From Chitinophagales bacterium (GTDB lineage: Bacteria; Bacteroidota; Bacteroidia; Chitinophagales; BACL12), in contig JBGAWP010000004.1 in the NCBI GenBank assembly GCA_044227505.1, forward strand, positions 17,122 to 81,121: 64,000 nucleotides of DNA, written 5' to 3'. A model generated the notes under the pieces. That model was not told the DNA's origin. It searched no databases and saw only the letters and a program-made list of their open reading frames with translations. Below, piece after piece: positions 1 through 9,579 of this stretch (position 1 is the first letter of the stretch; every line of letters starts with the position of its first letter). Made by a program: the position numbers and the translations under genes.

Positions 1-2082
1 ACCGGTCCCGGTGGTGGTGGTTCCGGTGGAGTAATTAAACATAGCGGCGCAACAATTTGGCCGGGTGTAAGTACTGATCTTACTGGTGGTATTTTTGGTA
101 CAATCACAACAATTGGAAGCCCATGTCTCGGTGAAAATAATGGAGCAACTACTGGTGGAACTGGTGTAATTATTTCATCACTACAATATGCGGAAAGTAC
201 TACACCTCATTTAACTGAATTTGCAAATGCAGGTGCTGATATCAATATTTGTTCAGGAAATTCTGTGGAATTAAATGCGAGTGGTGGAGTTACATATTCC
301 TGGTTCCCCGCAACATATTTAGATGATCCATTTATTTCCAATCCAACTTGTACTCCGCTTGCGAATATTAATTATATATTGACAGTAACAAATGCAAATG
401 GATGTATAGATATCGATACTTTGCATGTGGAAGTTTTTCCTGCAGTAATTGCAAATGCAGGTGACGATATAAATGTTTGCGCAGGTGCATCCGCAACTTT
501 AAATGCAACAGGTGGAATTATTTATAATTGGAGCCCCGCATTATTTTTAGATAATGCGTTTATTGCGAATCCCGAATGCACTCCATTATTTCCGATAACT
601 TATACGGTAACTGTTACAGATGCAAACGGATGTTTTGCATCGGATGAAATTTCTGTTGGAATTATTCCTTCCGATTTTTTAACGGTGAGTGATGATATAG
701 ATATTTGTTCAGGAGGAACAGTTGAACTTTTTGCAAGCGGAGGAACAACTTATAATTGGAGTCCTGCAACTTATCTCGATGATGCAACTTCTGCTACTCC
801 GATTTGCAATCCTTTGGGTGATATTACTTATACTGTTACATCTGTTAATGATGAAGGTTGTACTGATATAGATTATGTAACAATAACTACAACAGCTGTT
901 GATTTTTTAGTTTTAAGTGATGATGTTTCTATTTGTTCGGGAGAAAGTGCAACACTTAATGCAAGTGGAGGAACAAGTTATGTTTGGAGTCCTGCAACGT
1001 ATTTGGATGATGCATTTTCTGCAAATCCAATCTGCACTGCGTTAACAGATATTAGTTATACTGTTACTTCAATAAATGCTGATGGCTGTTCTGATGAAGA
1101 TATAATTAATGTAGTTGTTGCTGTGGGTGATTTTGCAATTGCAAGTCCCGAAACAACAATTTGTATCGGAACATCCATTGATCTTTTTGCAAGTGGTGGA
1201 ACATCTTATTCCTGGAGTCCGGTTTTGTATTTAGATGATGCAACATCATCAACTCCAACTTGCACGCCGTTGAGTGATATTACTTATTATGTTAGCGTAA
1301 CAAATATTTCGGGATGTGTGGATGTTGATACTGTAAATGTATTTACTTATCCGGCAATGATAGTAACAGCGGGACCTGATACAACGGTTTGTTATGGCGG
1401 ACAAATTAAATTGCATGTAACTGAAGGGGAATCTTATTTATGGACGCCACCAACGTATTTAGATTTTGCAACGATCCTTGCTCCTACAAGCAATCCTGCA
1501 GAAAGTATAAATTATATTGTTTATGTAACAGATATTAATGGTTGTGTGGGATCTGATACCGTTACCATTATTGTAAACGATCCGCCCACAATAACTGCAA
1601 GTGATGATATTACAATTTGCAGAGGAGATACTGTTACTATTTCCGCAAGTGGAGGACTCACGTATAATTGGGTGCCGGAACCGCTGGTGGCATGCGGAAC
1701 CTGCGAAAGTATAGATGTTTCTCCAACGGAAACAACAACTTATATAGTTCAGGGAATTGACGCGAACGGATGTGCATCAACCGATGAGGTTACCGTAATT
1801 GTTGATATTTGCAATGCCATTGAAAATACTTTAGCACAACAAATAAATATTTATCCCAATCCTGCAAATACATTTATTATAATTGAATTACCCGAGCAAT
1901 TAATTAATGCGGATATTATTTTATATAATATTTTGGGAGAAATTATACCTTTTGAAATGGAAAGAAATAATTCGGGATCAATAAATATCAATTTAAATTA
2001 TTTGGAATCTCAACAGTTGATTTTGCATATTATTTCGGAGAAAGGGGATTTTGTAAAACAGGTTGTGGTGATTAATGATTAA
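1..2082 (+). CDS. T9SS-secreted tandem-repeat surface protein, partial (5' end lies outside the window)
   Basis: Frame 1 is open from nt 1, with no stop before the listed GTG at 265. About eight tandem ~75-aa modules follow the pattern C.G....L.ASGG..Y.WSPA.YLDD......P.C.PL.DI.Y.VT..N..GC.D.D...V. The C-terminus (INIYPNPANTFIIIEL...) looks like a type-A T9SS sorting domain. Confidence 0.8.
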   Translation, partial: TGPGGGGSGGVIKHSGATIWPGVSTDLTGGIFGTITTIGSPCLGENNGATTGGTGVIISSLQYAESTTPHLTEFANAGADINICSGNSVELNASGGVTYSWFPATYLDDPFISNPTCTPLANINYILTVTNANGCIDIDTLHVEVFPAVIANAGDDINVCAGASATLNATGGIIYNWSPALFLDNAFIANPECTPLFPITYTVTVTDANGCFASDEISVGIIPSDFLTVSDDIDICSGGTVELFASGGTTYNWSPATYLDDATSATPICNPLGDITYTVTSVNDEGCTDIDYVTITTTAVDFLVLSDDVSICSGESATLNASGGTSYVWSPATYLDDAFSANPICTALTDISYTVTSINADGCSDEDIINVVVAVGDFAIASPETTICIGTSIDLFASGGTSYSWSPVLYLDDATSSTPTCTPLSDITYYVSVTNISGCVDVDTVNVFTYPAMIVTAGPDTTVCYGGQIKLHVTEGESYLWTPPTYLDFATILAPTSNPAESINYIVYVTDINGCVGSDTVTIIVNDPPTITASDDITICRGDTVTISASGGLTYNWVPEPLVACGTCESIDVSPTETTTYIVQGIDANGCASTDEVTVIVDICNAIENTLAQQINIYPNPANTFIIIELPEQLINADIILYNILGEIIPFEMERNNSGSININLNYLESQQLILHIISEKGDFVKQVVVIND

Positions 2083-2205
2083 GAGAAATATTATTTTTTA
2101 TCAATAATTAAATTATTTATTTCAATATAACTAGTAAAGTTGTTTTTCTTTTGAATTTTATTTTAATTCAATACTTAGTTTTAAGTTTCTATTAAATTTT
2201 ATTAT

Positions 2206-4596
2206 GTGAAACACTTTTTGTGTCCTTTTTTACTGATAGCAATTCTCTTAGAGACAATTAATTCATATTGCCAGGTTCCTGAAATTCAATGGGATAAGAA
2301 TTTCGGTGGATCAAATTATGATGATGCTATTGGCTCATTAATTTCACCCAATAACTTATTAGTAATCGGCGCAATAAGCTCATCAAATGATTTTGATGTC
2401 TCAGATAATAATGGTGTTGGAGATTATTGGATATTCGAAGTAGATTCCAATGGTATTATAAAATGGGAATCAAGTTTTGGAGGATCTGAATACGAAACTC
2501 TTAATAGCATTGAGCTGACAGCAGATAGCGGCTATATTTTATGCGGAAGAAGCTATTCAGAGGATGGTGATATTACATTAAATCATGGTAATGCGGATAT
2601 ATGGGTTGTAAAAATAGATTCTATTGGAGCGCTACAGTGGCAAAAAACCTATGGTGGTGCAGAGTATGATGATGGAGGATCAGTAAAGCAAACGAATGAT
2701 GGTGGTTATATCATTACTGGGGCAACAAAATCAAATGACGGGGATGTCACATATAATCATGGTAATATTGATGCTTGGGTGATAAAAATAAGCAGTGTTG
2801 GTGAAATTGAATGGCAAAAGACGTATGGGGGCTCTTTAGACGATAGAGCAAGGTCTGTAGAGTTGACAGATGACGGAAAATATATTGTTGGGGGATATTC
2901 GGAATCTGATGATTTTGATGTTGCAGAAAATAAGGGTGATCAGGATTATTGGATGTTTAAAATTGACGCAACTGGAGTATTGATTTGGGAAAATACCTTT
3001 GGAGGTTCAGATTCAGATTATGGTTGGTCTGTTATTAACGATTTAAATAATGGTTATATATTATCTGGTTATACATGTTCCTCTAATTTAGATATAACAG
3101 ATTTTAAGGGAGGATATTCTGATTTTTGGGTAGTAAAAACAGATGATACCGGAAATCTACAATGGCAAAAAACATATGGTGGAAGCGAAACTGATCAGAC
3201 ATCCTTTATCAATATATTAAAAGACTCTACTTATATTGTTGGAGGGATTTCAAATTCAGATGACGGGGATGTCGCTTTTCATTATGGCTCAAGTTATAGT
3301 GATTTATGGGTAGTAAACATTGATACGTTAGGCAATATTAATTGGTCATTAGTTTTTGGGGGAACCGGCAGTGATGCAGTTTCAGCAGTTTGTCAACTAA
3401 ACAATGAAGAAATTTATTTAGTTGGTGGGACAAATTCTACTGATGGTGATATAACCTCAACAATTGGCGATGGCGATGTTTGGTTGGTTAAATTAGGTTA
3501 TTGCAACCAACTATTTTTCTCCGATACCGACGGCGATGGCTACGGCGATTTATTAAATGATTCTCTTGCCTGTAATTTACCTATAGGATATGTTACAGAC
3601 AGCACAGATTGCGATGATACAAATAATTTGATTTATCCAACTGCAGAAGATATTTGTAATGCAGTTGATGATAATTGCAATGGTTTAATGGATGAAGATG
3701 CATTATTTTTTACCTGGTATTTTGATTTTGATGGGGATAATTTTGGAGATATAACAATTGATTCTGTTTCTTGTTTTGATTTAACGGGATATGTATTGGA
3801 TAATTCGGATTGTAATGATGCTGATGCAGGAATTAATCCTGATGCAGCGGAAATATGCAACGAACTTGATGATAATTGCAATATTGAAATTGATGAAGGT
3901 TTAACAGTAAACATATTTTATTTGGATGCCGATGGTGATACTTTTGGTGATCCAATAATATTTATATATTCCTGTTTGGATATTATTACAGGATATGTTT
4001 TTGATTCTACTGATTGTGATGATGCAAATAATTTAATTTATCCCGGTGCAACGGAAATTTGTAATTATCTGGATGACGATTGCGATGGTTTTATTGATGA
4101 TAATTTATTATACAACTGGTTATACGCCGATGCAGACGGAGATAATTATGGAAATCCACTTGTGGATACACTCACATGTTTAAGCATTCCCGGATACATT
4201 CCCGATTCCAGCGATTGTGATGATACCGATCCAAATATTTATCCCGGCGCGGAAGAATTATTAAATGGTGTGGATGATGATTGTAACCAATTGATTGATG
4301 AAGGTTTGGCTTTGGAAAATATGGAAATTAATACTTTCAACATTTATCCAAATCCGGCAAAGGATATTTTATTTGTAGAATATAGTTATCAGGGTGAGGT
4401 GGAGTTGCAATTAATTAATATTACGGGGCAGATAATTTATTCTTCGTCTACGGCCCATCCACAGAGTTCCTTCGGTAACTCTGTGGGGACACACTCAACC
4501 TTGAAAGTTGATATAGCCAATTATGCGAGTGGTATTTATTTGGTGAAATTAATTTTGGAAACTGGGTATGTTGTTAAGGAGTTTATAAAAGAATGA
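2206..4596 (+). CDS. Secreted repeat protein with propeller-like W.K.(Y/F)GGS repeats, MopE-like putative metal-binding motif repeats and a T9SS C-terminal domain
   Basis: GTG start followed by a signal peptide. About seven ~60-aa repeats (WQKTYGGS..D...S......GGYI..G.S.S.DGDV..NHG..D.WVVK). About seven copies of DCDD....IYPGA.E.CN..DDDC......DE. The C-terminus is FNIYPNPAKDILFVE...ASGIYLVKL. Confidence 0.8.
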   Translation: MKHFLCPFLLIAILLETINSYCQVPEIQWDKNFGGSNYDDAIGSLISPNNLLVIGAISSSNDFDVSDNNGVGDYWIFEVDSNGIIKWESSFGGSEYETLNSIELTADSGYILCGRSYSEDGDITLNHGNADIWVVKIDSIGALQWQKTYGGAEYDDGGSVKQTNDGGYIITGATKSNDGDVTYNHGNIDAWVIKISSVGEIEWQKTYGGSLDDRARSVELTDDGKYIVGGYSESDDFDVAENKGDQDYWMFKIDATGVLIWENTFGGSDSDYGWSVINDLNNGYILSGYTCSSNLDITDFKGGYSDFWVVKTDDTGNLQWQKTYGGSETDQTSFINILKDSTYIVGGISNSDDGDVAFHYGSSYSDLWVVNIDTLGNINWSLVFGGTGSDAVSAVCQLNNEEIYLVGGTNSTDGDITSTIGDGDVWLVKLGYCNQLFFSDTDGDGYGDLLNDSLACNLPIGYVTDSTDCDDTNNLIYPTAEDICNAVDDNCNGLMDEDALFFTWYFDFDGDNFGDITIDSVSCFDLTGYVLDNSDCNDADAGINPDAAEICNELDDNCNIEIDEGLTVNIFYLDADGDTFGDPIIFIYSCLDIITGYVFDSTDCDDANNLIYPGATEICNYLDDDCDGFIDDNLLYNWLYADADGDNYGNPLVDTLTCLSIPGYIPDSSDCDDTDPNIYPGAEELLNGVDDDCNQLIDEGLALENMEINTFNIYPNPAKDILFVEYSYQGEVELQLINITGQIIYSSSTAHPQSSFGNSVGTHSTLKVDIANYASGIYLVKLILETGYVVKEFIKE
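4459..4486 (+). repeat. 28-nt perfect hairpin element (CCACAGAGTT-CCTTCGGT-AACTCTGTGG) inserted in frame inside the T9SS C-terminal domain
   Basis: 10-bp stem and 8-nt loop read directly from the sequence. The 22-nt core CAGAGTTCCTTCGGTAACTCTG is the exact reverse complement of 4659..4680. Confidence 0.85.
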
Positions 4597-4654
4597 ATGA
4601 ATGCCCTCGACCTACCAGGTTTGATAAACAGATATTTTTGCCTGTAGAAATTCA

Positions 4655-4682
4655 CCTCAGAGTTACCGAAGGAACTCTGAGG
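4655..4682 (-). repeat. Second, inverted copy of the 28-nt hairpin element (CCTCAGAGTT-ACCGAAGG-AACTCTGAGG)
   Basis: The core CAGAGTTACCGAAGGAACTCTG is the exact reverse complement of 4462..4483. It lies 59 nt after the stop codon of the 2206..4596 gene. Confidence 0.85.
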
Positions 4683-4717
4683 AAGGGTAGACTAATTCTA
4701 TACAACTAAGAAGGTGC

Positions 4718-4749
4718 AAAAAAAAAGCCGGCAATTAGCCGACTTTTTT
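4718..4749. terminator. Bidirectional intrinsic terminator between convergent genes
   Basis: AAAAAAAAAGCCGGC-AATTA-GCCGACTTTTTT. A GC stem with one mismatch is extended by the A-run/T-run. It sits between the 3' ends of 2206..4596 (+) and mltD (-). Confidence 0.55.
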
Positions 4750-4766
4750 AATATCATTAATGATTA

Positions 4767-6389
4767 TTAATTACTTACTAATTTTATTTTAGTACCCGTT
4801 TTGAGAGTCTCATTATCCGACAACCCATTTAACTCACGAATTTTTTCAACACTGTTGGTTGGATATTTTTGGGCTATTCCCCATAAAGTATCTCCCGGTT
4901 TAACGGTGTAATATATTACTTCGTTGCTCACTTTCTTTTCCGCAGGTGCTGAACTTATGAGTTGAATATTGGTGAGTTTTTGTTTTTCAGATAAGGTCAT
5001 TTTATTTATCTGCGCATATTGATCTTCGTGTGCTGCGCTTACTTGTAATTTTAATTTTTGTCCTGAAACAATTTTGGTGGAAGATAAATTATTCCACTTT
5101 TTAATTTCAGGAACTGTGCAATCGAACCAATCGGAAATATAACCGAGATTGTCGCCTTTTTTAACTGTGTAATTAACCGTTACAATATCATCAGGATTTG
5201 TATTTTCTTTTGTTGCACTTGCAGTTGTATTTGTTTCCGTTGTTTTTGCAGCAGTGATTGTTGTTTTATTTTTTGATGCATTTACAGCTTCCACATTTTT
5301 AGCAAGTGTTTCTGATTTTGCCACTTCTTTTTTCTCTAATGATGCATATAAAGAATCTTTATTTGCATAGAACATTGCCACCGATTTCATTGGCAAACGC
5401 AATGGATAAGGAACAGGTGCTCCCGGAATTGTTTTAGTTTTTAATGCGGGATTATTTAATGCAATTTCATCCGCAGTTAATCCCACATAAGCAGCCATTT
5501 GATCTATGGTCATTTTATGGGTGATCATTATAGTATCAGCCAAATTATAATCATATCCAAAAGCTACGGGACGAATATTGTGTTCTTTGTGATATTCAAA
5601 AACATAAGTTGCAGCAATGAAAGCCGGAACGTATCCGCGAGTTTCTTTTGGTAAATAGGTCTCAATATCCCAAAATGTTTTGTCACCACCACCTGCTTTG
5701 CGTAATGCTTTATTCACATTTCCGGGTCCGCAGTTATAGGCAGCAATTGCCAAAAACCAATCGTTATAAATATCATGTAATTGTTTGAGGTATTTAACGG
5801 CTGCAATGGTCGCCAATTGCGGATCGCGGCGCTCATCAACATAAGTATCAATTTGCAAGCCCATCAATTTTCCGGTGCCATACATAAACTGCCATAAACC
5901 CGTTGCTCCTGCCTTGGAAACAGCGTGCGTATTCAATGCCGATTCAATTATAGCAAGATATTTAAGTTCGATGGGCATATTATTTCTGTCGAGTTCGGCT
6001 TCAAACATCGGGAAGTAGGTCTGGCTCAATCCCAACATATTGGAAACCTGTCCGCGGCGGCGCATACAATACAGATCCAGAAAACCCTGAACCGATTTAT
6101 TATACGTATAAGGAATGGAGGAATTGATCTTAGAAATGCGTTCTGCATATACTTCCGGAGTAAATCTCGGGGTATCGGTAGCTGCATATCCTAAAAGATC
6201 GTAATCTTTTTCGTTGAACTTCCACGCCGGATTGGTGGAATAAAAACTTTCAAACATCGAATCTATAGCATTGACACTCTCACTGGTGGAGTTCAACGTC
6301 AATTGATCGTTGGAAGAAGAATTAGAGACTTGTGCTTTCGCTACCCCTGCAAGCAAAAGGCATAATACGGTAATTCTGATGTAATGCAT
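4767..6389 (-). CDS. mltD: Membrane-bound lytic murein transglycosylase (SLT domain) with C-terminal LysM repeats
   Basis: Signal peptide. SLT catalytic region (AIIESALNTHAVSKAGATGLWQFMYGTG). Two LysM-like segments (YTVKKGDNLGYIS..., YTVKPGDTLWGIAQKY...). Confidence 0.85.
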   Translation of the reverse strand: MHYIRITVLCLLLAGVAKAQVSNSSSNDQLTLNSTSESVNAIDSMFESFYSTNPAWKFNEKDYDLLGYAATDTPRFTPEVYAERISKINSSIPYTYNKSVQGFLDLYCMRRRGQVSNMLGLSQTYFPMFEAELDRNNMPIELKYLAIIESALNTHAVSKAGATGLWQFMYGTGKLMGLQIDTYVDERRDPQLATIAAVKYLKQLHDIYNDWFLAIAAYNCGPGNVNKALRKAGGGDKTFWDIETYLPKETRGYVPAFIAATYVFEYHKEHNIRPVAFGYDYNLADTIMITHKMTIDQMAAYVGLTADEIALNNPALKTKTIPGAPVPYPLRLPMKSVAMFYANKDSLYASLEKKEVAKSETLAKNVEAVNASKNKTTITAAKTTETNTTASATKENTNPDDIVTVNYTVKKGDNLGYISDWFDCTVPEIKKWNNLSSTKIVSGQKLKLQVSAAHEDQYAQINKMTLSEKQKLTNIQLISSAPAEKKVSNEVIYYTVKPGDTLWGIAQKYPTNSVEKIRELNGLSDNETLKTGTKIKLVSN

Positions 6390-6456
6390 AGTTAATTCCC
6401 TGTAAATTTTAGTTAGGCTGTTACTAAAGGCTATAAAACTATAAAATTAAAGAAAT

Positions 6457-6474
6457 ATTGTGCTCCCACACAAT
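6457..6474 (-). terminator. Possible terminator hairpin after gatA
   Basis: ATTGTG-CTCCCA-CACAAT hairpin. On the minus strand it is followed by a T-rich run (ATTTCTTTAATTTTAT). The stem is weak. Confidence 0.3.
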
Positions 6475-6498
6475 AAAAACCTTATCAACACCCAAATT

Positions 6499-7941
6499 TT
6501 AATAATTTTTAAGAATGTGTGATGTCACAGACATGAGGATGTCTTCTCTAAAGTAATTTGCCATAAGTTGTGCACCAAATGGCATGCCGTTGCTATGTCT
6601 AAATAAAGGGACGGTGATGGCGGGGAGGCCTGTGATATTTGCCTGAACGGTGAAAATATCCGCTAAATACATCTCGATCGGGTCGGTTGTTTTTTCCCCG
6701 AGTTTGAAAGCGGTGGTGGGTGTTGTTGGTAAAAGTATGAGGTCGTATTCGGATAAGGTCTTAACTGTGTCGTCACGAATTATCCTTCTTACCTTCTGTG
6801 CTTTCGTATAGTAGGCATCATAATAACCCGAACTGAGCACAAAAGTTCCAAGCATGATGCGGCGCTGCACCTCTTTTCCAAATCCTGTTGACCTCGATTT
6901 TTTGATAACTGCCTCCATATCACCTGCTTGCATGTCACGAAAGCCGTAATGTATGCCGGAAAAACGACTTAAATTAGAACTGGCCTCAGCGGTGGTCAGT
7001 ACGTAATAGGTCGGAACTAAGTAATCGAGTGACTTGAGGTCTTGTGGCTCAACTGTATGCCCTTCTGCGCGAAGTTGTTCTATCAGTTTATACAAAGCTG
7101 AAGAGATCTCAGGGTCAATTTTGGGATTATCGAGCGTTTGCGGGTAGTAAGCAATTTTAAGTTTTGTCACAGCGGTATCTGCGCTGTAATGCTGCGGTTT
7201 GTGGGTGGATGAGGTGCTGTCGTGGGCATCAAATCCTGCCATTACCTCCATCATCAATTGCATATCCTCTACGTTATTTGTAATAGGGCCGATCTGATCA
7301 AAGGAAGAAGCAAAAGCTACCAATCCGTAACGGGATAATCGTCCGTAAGTAGGTTTTAAACCGATAGTTCCGCAAAAAGCTGCGGGTTGACGGATAGAAC
7401 CGCCGGTTTCAGAACCCAGACTCGCCATACAAAGGCCGGCTTGCACTGCAACGGCCGAACCGCCGCTACTTCCCCCCGAAACCCTGGTATTGTCCATGTC
7501 GTTCAACACTGGTCCGAAAGCGGAATTCTCATTGCTGGAACCCATGGCAAATTCGTCGCAATTGCAACGACCGATAATAATTGCATCTTCTTTTAAAAGG
7601 CGCTCTATTACCGTTGCATTATATAATGATTCAAAATCGTCGAGTATTTTGGAGGATGCCGTGAGTTTTTTGCCTTTAATTGCAATAACATCCTTCACAC
7701 CTATCACCATCCCGAATAGTTTACCAAGTGGTTTTTGGGAGATGATCCGTGAATCTATTTCATCTGCATTTTGCAATGCATCGTGTTCAAATAATTCTAA
7801 AAATGCGTTGAGGTGTTTTTTTTCGCGGTTTACCTGTAAATAATGCTCCACAACTTGTCTGAGAGTAAACTTACCCGCACACAAATCAGCCTGAACATTC
7901 CTTAAACCGGATTGTAATAAAGGACCTAAATCTAAACTCAT
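6499..7941 (-). CDS. gatA: Glutamyl/aspartyl-tRNA amidotransferase subunit A
   Basis: Amidase signature GGSSGGSAVAV plus ...GSETGGSIRQPA. Length of 480 aa is typical of GatA. Confidence 0.92.
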   Translation of the reverse strand: MSLDLGPLLQSGLRNVQADLCAGKFTLRQVVEHYLQVNREKKHLNAFLELFEHDALQNADEIDSRIISQKPLGKLFGMVIGVKDVIAIKGKKLTASSKILDDFESLYNATVIERLLKEDAIIIGRCNCDEFAMGSSNENSAFGPVLNDMDNTRVSGGSSGGSAVAVQAGLCMASLGSETGGSIRQPAAFCGTIGLKPTYGRLSRYGLVAFASSFDQIGPITNNVEDMQLMMEVMAGFDAHDSTSSTHKPQHYSADTAVTKLKIAYYPQTLDNPKIDPEISSALYKLIEQLRAEGHTVEPQDLKSLDYLVPTYYVLTTAEASSNLSRFSGIHYGFRDMQAGDMEAVIKKSRSTGFGKEVQRRIMLGTFVLSSGYYDAYYTKAQKVRRIIRDDTVKTLSEYDLILLPTTPTTAFKLGEKTTDPIEMYLADIFTVQANITGLPAITVPLFRHSNGMPFGAQLMANYFREDILMSVTSHILKNY

Positions 7942-7959
7942 GGAAGGTGGGGAGATAAA

Positions 7960-8172
7960 TTATTTATCTTCAGTCTTCTTAGGTTCGTCATTAACGCCTT
8001 CGCGTATTTCGCGGCTAACGTTGTTTTTAGCATCGTTAAATTCGCGAATCCCTTTACCGATACCACGCATCAGTTCCGGAATTTTCTTTCCGCCAAAAAG
8101 TAGTAAAATAGCTAAAACGATTATTATCCATTCCATTCCGCTAGGCATTGCAAGTAATAACACAGTATTCAT
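7960..8172 (-). CDS. tatA: Twin-arginine translocase subunit TatA/E
   Basis: 70 aa with one transmembrane helix followed by the [20 protein letters not shown] motif. Confidence 0.85.
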   Translation of the reverse strand: MNTVLLLAMPSGMEWIIIVLAILLLFGGKKIPELMRGIGKGIREFNDAKNNVSREIREGVNDEPKKTEDK

Positions 8173-8197
8173 TTCTTGAACAATTTGATTATTATAA

Positions 8198-8205
8198 CAA
8201 AGGTA
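8198..8205 (-). promoter_or_regulatory. Candidate Bacteroidota -7 promoter box (TACCTTTG, matching TAnnTTTG) upstream of tatA
   Basis: The minus strand reads TACCTTTG 26-33 nt upstream of the tatA ATG. A second match (TAAATTTG) lies at 8237..8244. No clear -33 TTG was seen. Confidence 0.3.
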
Positions 8206-8241
8206 GCTGTTTTTTATAAGTGAAAACCACCTTTCTCAAAT

Positions 8242-9579
8242 TTATTTGCTGATCCACAGGGCAGGATCCAGAATTACCGTGTTTTTCCAGATCTCCAGAT
8301 GCACTTCTGTTTTTCCTTCCTCGGGATCTTCCCAGGCTGTACCTATCTTTTGTTTGGTTGTGATCTTATCGCCGGCTTTTACTGAAACTTCAGCAATATT
8401 GGTATAAACGGAGTAATATTCCCCATGTTTTATGATCACCCCTTTCTGAAATGCCGGGTTGAAAATGATATTCACCACCTCACCGTCAAACACAGCTCTA
8501 ACAGCAGATCCTTCTGCCGTGGCAATATCAATTCCATTATTTTCTATGATCACATCCTTTAAAACCGGATGAGCGTGTTTTCCAAATCGCTCAGTGATAG
8601 TTCCTCGTTCGACGGGCCAGGGTAATTTGCCTTTATTTCCTTCAAAATTTTTGGAAATTAATTGCATTTCGGGTGTGAGTCCGAGATTAACTGTTTTTGC
8701 TTCGGTGGTTGTTTTTTTCTCAGTGACCGGAGTTGTTGTTTTTGTTTCCGGACTGGTGCTTTTGGTTTCTTTCTCTTTTAATTTTGCCGCTGCCAGTGCC
8801 GCAGCCTCCGCCTTTTCTTTTTCTTTTCTGATCTCCTCCGCAATTACTGCCTGAATTTTTTTATTGAGATCGGTGGCATCCTTTTTCTTTTTATCAATTT
8901 GTTTTTTTAGGTCCTTTTCTTTGGAAAGTAAGGTTTTTACCGTTTTATCTTTTGATGCTTTTTCTTCATCCAGTTTCTTTTTTTGTTGTTCTTCTTTTGT
9001 AAGCAAAACTACTTTCTCTTCTTTATCTTCCTCAATTGCATTTCTTTTATTTTTCAGTGTTTCACTAATTTCTTCGATAGCAGTTATCTGTTCTTTCCGG
9101 AAACTGTGAAAGGAGCGTATATATTGCATTCGCTGAAATGCATCGTTTATGCTTTTTGCGGAAAAAATAAAATGCAGGGGTTTAAAATTTTCATCATTTA
9201 AATACGTGTAATAAACCATTTGGGCGTATTGTTTTTTCAATTCGTCCATATCGTTTTCCATTGCATTTATGGCGGTATTCGTTTCCGTAAGTTGTTTGTT
9301 TACACCGGAAACCTGTTGCGCAATATTGCTGATCACTTCCTCCCGCATATCAATTTTTCTGTTCAGTAATTTTAATTCGTCGAGCGAGTTTTCCTTTTTT
9401 TTCTTGGTAGTGGATAAAAGATCTTCAGCATCTTTTATTTCATCCTGCAATTTATCGTATTTACTCTGCAATGTTTTTTTATCGCCGGTTTGGGCGGAAA
9501 CATCTGCATTGAAAATAAATAATAGAATTAAAAGACTTAGAATTGGATTAATCAATCCGCTCGTACTTCGGATTAACAT
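8242..9579 (-). CDS. M23 family peptidoglycan metalloendopeptidase / EnvC-like murein hydrolase activator (coiled coil plus M23 domain)
   Basis: Long K/E-rich coiled-coil region. C-terminal M23 region (GIDIATAEGSAVRAVFDGEV...HLEIW). I placed the start at the internal Met (MLIRSTSGLINPILSLLILLF..AQ signal peptide) rather than at 9645. Confidence 0.85.
   Translation of the reverse strand: MLIRSTSGLINPILSLLILLFIFNADVSAQTGDKKTLQSKYDKLQDEIKDAEDLLSTTKKKKENSLDELKLLNRKIDMREEVISNIAQQVSGVNKQLTETNTAINAMENDMDELKKQYAQMVYYTYLNDENFKPLHFIFSAKSINDAFQRMQYIRSFHSFRKEQITAIEEISETLKNKRNAIEEDKEEKVVLLTKEEQQKKKLDEEKASKDKTVKTLLSKEKDLKKQIDKKKKDATDLNKKIQAVIAEEIRKEKEKAEAAALAAAKLKEKETKSTSPETKTTTPVTEKKTTTEAKTVNLGLTPEMQLISKNFEGNKGKLPWPVERGTITERFGKHAHPVLKDVIIENNGIDIATAEGSAVRAVFDGEVVNIIFNPAFQKGVIIKHGEYYSVYTNIAEVSVKAGDKITTKQKIGTAWEDPEEGKTEVHLEIWKNTVILDPALWISK

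Noticed and set aside
3633-3914. Numerous 60-150-aa ORFs antisense to or nested in long genes. Examples are 3633..3914, 5925..6194, 7387..7843, 8594..9619, 20864..21334, 28022..28363, 43918..44319, 55832..56256, 59361..60201 and 61523..62099.
   Set aside because: Each lies wholly inside a longer ORF with clear family motifs on the other strand or frame. Their sequences are low-complexity or mirror-image, as expected for shadow ORFs in AT-rich DNA.
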